64,000 bases of DNA from Frigidibacter sp. (GTDB lineage: Bacteria > Pseudomonadota > Alphaproteobacteria > Rhodobacterales > Rhodobacteraceae), in contig NZ_JAUYTT010000005.1 in NCBI RefSeq assembly GCF_030695035.1, forward strand, positions 131,012 to 195,011. Direction: 5' to 3'. Below are positions 59,901 to 64,000 of this stretch, in pieces. Within the stretch, counting starts at the first letter, position 1. Each line of letters opens with the position of its first letter. The position numbers and the translations under genes are program-made. The notes beneath the pieces were generated by a model. That model searched no databases. It was not told where the DNA came from and worked only from the letters and a program-made list of their open reading frames with translations.

Positions 59901-61211
59901 ATGGACCCCTTTATCGCCGGTGCCGCGCTGACCGCCTTTCTGATCGTGTTTCTGGGAAGCGGGATCTGGATCTTTGCCGGACTTATCCTCGTCTCGGTCG
60001 CGGCACTGCATTTCCTTGTCGGGATGAATCTCGACCGGATCGGAACGATTGCCTCGTCCATCGCCTATCGCAGCGCGGCGACGTGGGAGCTGGCGGCGGT
60101 GCCGCTGTTCATCTGGATGGCCGAGCTGATCTTTCGCACCGATGTGTCGGAACGCCTGTTCCGCGGCCTTGTGCCGTTCGTGGACAAGATCCCCGGGCGG
60201 CTGCTGCACACCAACGTTCTGGGTTGCACGCTGTTCGCGGCCATCAGTGGATCCTCTGCCGCGACCACCGCGACCGTCGGCAAGATCACGATGGGAGAGC
60301 TGAGCCGCCGTGGCTACAACACCAGGATCGCGGTCGGCTCGCTGGCCGGGGCGGGCAGCCTTGGCCTGCTGTTGCCGCCCTCGATTGCGATGATCATCTA
60401 TGGCATTCTCGCCGAGGTCTCGATCAGCCGGCTCTTCGCGGCGGGGGTGCTGCCGGGGTTGCTGGTGGCCGCGCTCTACTCAGCCTACATCATCGTCGTC
60501 GCGCTGATCCGGCCGGAGATCGCACCTGAAGGGTCGAACCGCTATCGCCCGCTGGATTACCTGATCGCGCTTGGCAACCTGACGCCGATCATGTTCCTGA
60601 TGGCCGTCGTCCTCGGCTCCATCTACACCGGCATCGCTACCCCGTCCGAGGCGGCGGCGGTCGGCGTCTTTGCCGCGGTGGTGCTGGTCAGCGCGATGGG
60701 CCAGATGTCCTTTGCCCTGCTGCGCGACAGCCTGATGGGCACGGTGCGCACAAGCTCGATGGTCTGCATCATCCTTGTGTCGGCGGCGCTGTTGTCCACG
60801 ACGCTTGGCTATCTGCACCTGCCGCAAGAGCTTGGCGCAGCGATTGCCGCACTGGAGCTTGGGCCGGTAGCGCTGATCCTCATCCTCAGCCTGTTCTACC
60901 TCGCGCTCGGGATATTCGTCGACGGTGTGGCGATCATCGTGATGAGCCTGCCGATGACCCTGCCGCTGGCGCTCGCCGCCGGTTATGACCCGATCTGGTA
61001 TGGTGTGTTTCTGGTGCTGATGATCGAGATCGGGATGCTGACCCCACCCGTGGGCATCAATCTCTTCATCCTGCAGGGGATGACGCGCTGGACCCTGTGG
61101 CAGGTGTCCGTCGCGTGCTTCCCGTTCTTCCTGCTGTTCAGCTTTGCCGTGGTCCTGCTGGTGATCTTCCCCGAGATCGCGCTTTGGCTGCCGCGGGTGC
61201 TTTACGGCTGA
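59901..61211 (+). CDS. TRAP transporter large permease (DctM family)
   Basis: 436 aa with LTPPVGINLFI and related DctM motifs. Confidence 0.92.
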   Translation: MDPFIAGAALTAFLIVFLGSGIWIFAGLILVSVAALHFLVGMNLDRIGTIASSIAYRSAATWELAAVPLFIWMAELIFRTDVSERLFRGLVPFVDKIPGRLLHTNVLGCTLFAAISGSSAATTATVGKITMGELSRRGYNTRIAVGSLAGAGSLGLLLPPSIAMIIYGILAEVSISRLFAAGVLPGLLVAALYSAYIIVVALIRPEIAPEGSNRYRPLDYLIALGNLTPIMFLMAVVLGSIYTGIATPSEAAAVGVFAAVVLVSAMGQMSFALLRDSLMGTVRTSSMVCIILVSAALLSTTLGYLHLPQELGAAIAALELGPVALILILSLFYLALGIFVDGVAIIVMSLPMTLPLALAAGYDPIWYGVFLVLMIEIGMLTPPVGINLFILQGMTRWTLWQVSVACFPFFLLFSFAVVLLVIFPEIALWLPRVLYG

Positions 61212-61705
61212 GGAGCCCGCGAGACGCGCCCGCCTCAGAACCCGGGGGCCTCTATCCCTGCCGCCATCTCAGTCTTTCTCGCCGCGTTGGCGATGGAGAG
61301 GCTATGCGACCTGCCGGATGCGAAGCTAGACGCAGATGCGGGTTTAGCGGCCCAGAGGGTGAGCAACCTCGCAACCTGCGCGAGATGTCGCGGCCAGATG
61401 ACGCTTGCCCGAGTCTTAGGTTCAGAACCGCAACGGTCCAACGAATCGCTGGCCCATCGCCTCAATGGGAAGTGCCCGCATGGCCCATGGCGTCTGGCAG
61501 CAGAGCCGAATGGCCCGGCAGATCCTGGGCGCACGACGGGCTTTCATCCTGTGCAGGCTGCGGAAACTCTCGGCGCAAGCCCCGCCGCGTGATCCTTTAT
61601 CGCCGCGAACCCCCCAGTTGTTCACAGGGCTCTTGACAGACCGTCAGGGTGTTTATCAAGGTGTGTCATAATATGGCATACCAAAAACAACAGGGAAAAT
61701 GAGAC

Positions 61706-62563
61706 ATGACGCTTCAGCCTTCCACCTCCCGCTTTTGCGCAACCTCTTCGCGTGCCGCGCTGTGCTCTGCGCTCGTCATCCTTGCGGCCGGCACTGCCCA
61801 GGCCCAGGACTGCGCACCGCGCATTGCCGACGAGTTTCTGGTCGAACCCGGCACCCTGACGATGGCCACCAGCCCGACGCTGCCGCCGATGGCCTATGCC
61901 GACCAGAACGGCACCTTGATGGGCCTGCGCATCGAACTGGGGGTTGAGGTCGCCAAGCGCCTCTGCCTTGAGCCCAAATATATCAGCACCGAATACGCTA
62001 CGATGATCCCGGGCCTTCAGGGTGACCGCTGGGATATGGTCAATGCCGGCCTGTTCGTGACCGACGCCCGGCGCGAGATCTTGCTGATGATCCCCTATGA
62101 AAGCCTTGCGATCAGCATTTCCACGGTGACGGGCGATACCTCGATATCCGAGATCGACGATCTGGCCGGCAAGACCGTCAGCGCCGATATCGGCGGTTAT
62201 GCCGAGCGGAAGATGAAGGACCTGAACGCCGAGTTCGAGGCGCGCGGGCTGGAGCCGATGACCATCAACCTCTTCGACAATTACGCAACCGTCTATCAGG
62301 CGCTGCGTGCGGGTCAGGTTCAGGCCGCGGTGTCGATCGACCCGGTCGCCAAGCAGTATCAGGACCGCGGCGAATTCACCCAGGCGATTGCGGGAATGTA
62401 TGCGACGCCGGGGTCCTTCGCCTTCATCTCGCCGGAAGTTGCCGAGGGGATTTCGACGGCGCTTAAGGAAATGAAGGCCGACGGCGCGTTCGATGCGCTG
62501 ATGGACTCTTATGGCGTGGTCCCCGCGCCGGGCGATCTGAGCTACCTGCCGCTGATCCAGTGA
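61706..62563 (+). CDS. Amino acid ABC transporter substrate-binding protein (family 3)
   Basis: Signal peptide (AAGTAQA) and a PBP type 2 pattern (LTMATSPTLPPMAY, DMVNAGLFVT). Confidence 0.88.
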   Translation: MTLQPSTSRFCATSSRAALCSALVILAAGTAQAQDCAPRIADEFLVEPGTLTMATSPTLPPMAYADQNGTLMGLRIELGVEVAKRLCLEPKYISTEYATMIPGLQGDRWDMVNAGLFVTDARREILLMIPYESLAISISTVTGDTSISEIDDLAGKTVSADIGGYAERKMKDLNAEFEARGLEPMTINLFDNYATVYQALRAGQVQAAVSIDPVAKQYQDRGEFTQAIAGMYATPGSFAFISPEVAEGISTALKEMKADGAFDALMDSYGVVPAPGDLSYLPLIQ

Positions 62564-62624
62564 TCCTCCATGAGACGCCCGGCCGGCATGGCCGGGCACG
62601 ATATCCGACTGCAGAAGGGAACAT

Positions 62625-63317
62625 GTGGTGAAAGGCTGGAACTGGGACGGCTTCTTTGACTACCTGACGAATTACTACCTGTTCGAAGGGGCCCTGGTGA
62701 CCCTCGGGCTGACCGTCTTCGCCATGACAGCGGGGCTGGTGATCGGGTTCGTGCTGGCGATGATGCGGTTGTCCAGGCACAAGCTGCTGTCAGGCCCCGC
62801 CGTCTTCTACATCTGGGTGTTTCGCGGCACGCCGCTGCTGGTGCAGCTGATCATCATCTATACCGGCCTGCCGCAGCTTGGCATCAAGTTCACGGTGATC
62901 GAATCCACGCTGATCGGCCTTGCCATGTGCGAAGGCGCCTACCTTGCCGAAATCCTGCGCGCCGGGATCACGGCGGTGCCCTCTGGTCAGGTCAACGCGG
63001 CCCGCGCCATCGGCATGACCGAACCGCAGGTGATGCGCTACGTCATCGCGCCGCAGGCGCTGCGCATCGTGATCCCGCCGCTGGGGAATTCGGTCAACAG
63101 CGTGCTCAAGACCACCTCGATCGCCTCGATCATCTCGATGGAGGAGCTGCTGAGGCGCACGCAGGTGCTGATCCAGGAGAGGTTCCTGGTGCTCGAGCTG
63201 TTCGTGGTCGCGGCGCTTTACTACCTGGCGATGACCACCGTCTGGGACCTGATCCAACGCCGGATCGAGCGCCGCTTTGGCAAGGCCTATGGCCCCATCT
63301 CGGCCGGAAAACACTGA
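62625..63317 (+). CDS. Amino acid ABC transporter permease (HisMQ/GlnP family)
   Basis: [10 protein letters not shown] and EAA-type loop ([25 protein letters not shown]). Confidence 0.9.
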   Translation: MVKGWNWDGFFDYLTNYYLFEGALVTLGLTVFAMTAGLVIGFVLAMMRLSRHKLLSGPAVFYIWVFRGTPLLVQLIIIYTGLPQLGIKFTVIESTLIGLAMCEGAYLAEILRAGITAVPSGQVNAARAIGMTEPQVMRYVIAPQALRIVIPPLGNSVNSVLKTTSIASIISMEELLRRTQVLIQERFLVLELFVVAALYYLAMTTVWDLIQRRIERRFGKAYGPISAGKH

Positions 63318-63327
63318 GGAGGCCCGC

Positions 63328-64000
63328 ATGGCAAACCCTGAAACCGTGATTGAACTGCACGATGTCAGCAAATGGTATGGGCCCAGCTTTCAGGTCCTGA
63401 AGAACTGCAGCCTGACGGTCGCGAAGGGGGAAGTCGTGGTGATCTGCGGCCCCTCCGGTTCCGGCAAGTCGACGCTGGTCAAATGCGTCAACGCGCTGGA
63501 GCCGATCCAACAGGGCCGGATCAGCGTCACCGGAGTGGAGGTGAGCGCGCCGAAGACCAACCTGCCCAAGCTGCGGGCACGGGTGGGGATGGTGTTCCAA
63601 AGCTTTGAGCTGTTCCCGCACATGACGATCCTTGAAAACCTCTGCATCGGGCAGCGCAAGGTGCTGGGGCGCAGCACGGCCGAGGCCATCGTCAAGGCCA
63701 AGGCGCTGCTGGAACGGGTCGGCCTGACCGCGCAGGCCAGCAAATATCCCGGCCAACTTTCGGGCGGCCAGCAGCAGCGCGTGGCGATTGCCCGCGCGCT
63801 GGCGATGGACCCGGTGGCGATGCTGTTCGACGAGCCGACATCGGCGCTCGATCCCGAGATGATCAACGAGGTGCTGGACGTGATGGTCGCGCTGACCCGC
63901 GAGGGGATGACGATGATGGTCGTCACCCATGAGATGGGCTTCGCGCGCAAGGTCGCCGACCGGATCGTCTTCATGGACGAGGGCGAGATCGTGGAGGTCG
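63328..64000 (+). CDS. Amino acid ABC transporter ATP-binding protein (GlnQ-like), 3' end outside the window
   Basis: My own translation from the ATG at 63328: [18 protein letters not shown]. It carries Walker [10 protein letters not shown], signature [14 protein letters not shown] and Walker [12 protein letters not shown]. It is open to the window end and therefore absent from the ORF track. Confidence 0.9.
   Translation, partial: MANPETVIELHDVSKWYGPSFQVLKNCSLTVAKGEVVVICGPSGSGKSTLVKCVNALEPIQQGRISVTGVEVSAPKTNLPKLRARVGMVFQSFELFPHMTILENLCIGQRKVLGRSTAEAIVKAKALLERVGLTAQASKYPGQLSGGQQQRVAIARALAMDPVAMLFDEPTSALDPEMINEVLDVMVALTREGMTMMVVTHEMGFARKVADRIVFMDEGEIVEV

Noticed and set aside
61419-61429. GGTTCAGAACC, resembling a tRNA T-arm.
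   Set aside because: The flanks cannot form a 5-bp T stem, and no acceptor, D or anticodon arms can be drawn. It is not a tRNA.

Overview
This is a high-GC window, roughly two-thirds G+C by eye, with strongly GC3-biased codons. It is densely packed with uptake systems, regulators and catabolic enzymes. That content resembles an alphaproteobacterial (Rhodobacteraceae-like) chromid or accessory catabolic region; this taxonomic guess is inference only. I can support about 60 genes. They include four TRAP transporters, two ABC importers and one tripartite RND efflux pump next to a two-component system. There is a hydroxylase / extradiol dioxygenase / FAH aromatic module next to pcaR-pcaIJF, and a PaoABCD-like molybdoenzyme operon. 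There is also a hydantoinase/oxoprolinase A/B pair and at least eleven transcription factors (MarR x2, RpiR, LysR x2, IclR x2, AraC/GlxA, GntR, OmpR-type). I see no rRNA or tRNA genes, no CRISPR array, no transposase, integrase or phage gene, and no recognisable defence system. The items most worth follow-up are: (1) a tightly translationally coupled, uncharacterised operon at 33.2-43.7 kb that ends in its own LysR gene; (2) a Tat-signal nitroreductase/SagB-like protein paired with a GlxA-type regulator; (3) a collapsed sigma-54 (rpoN) relic and several other gene relics that sit at module boundaries; (4) two candidate operator palindrome sets. The many very long antisense ORFs in the track are GC-content artefacts. 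All functional calls rest on reading motifs by eye, not on database searches.
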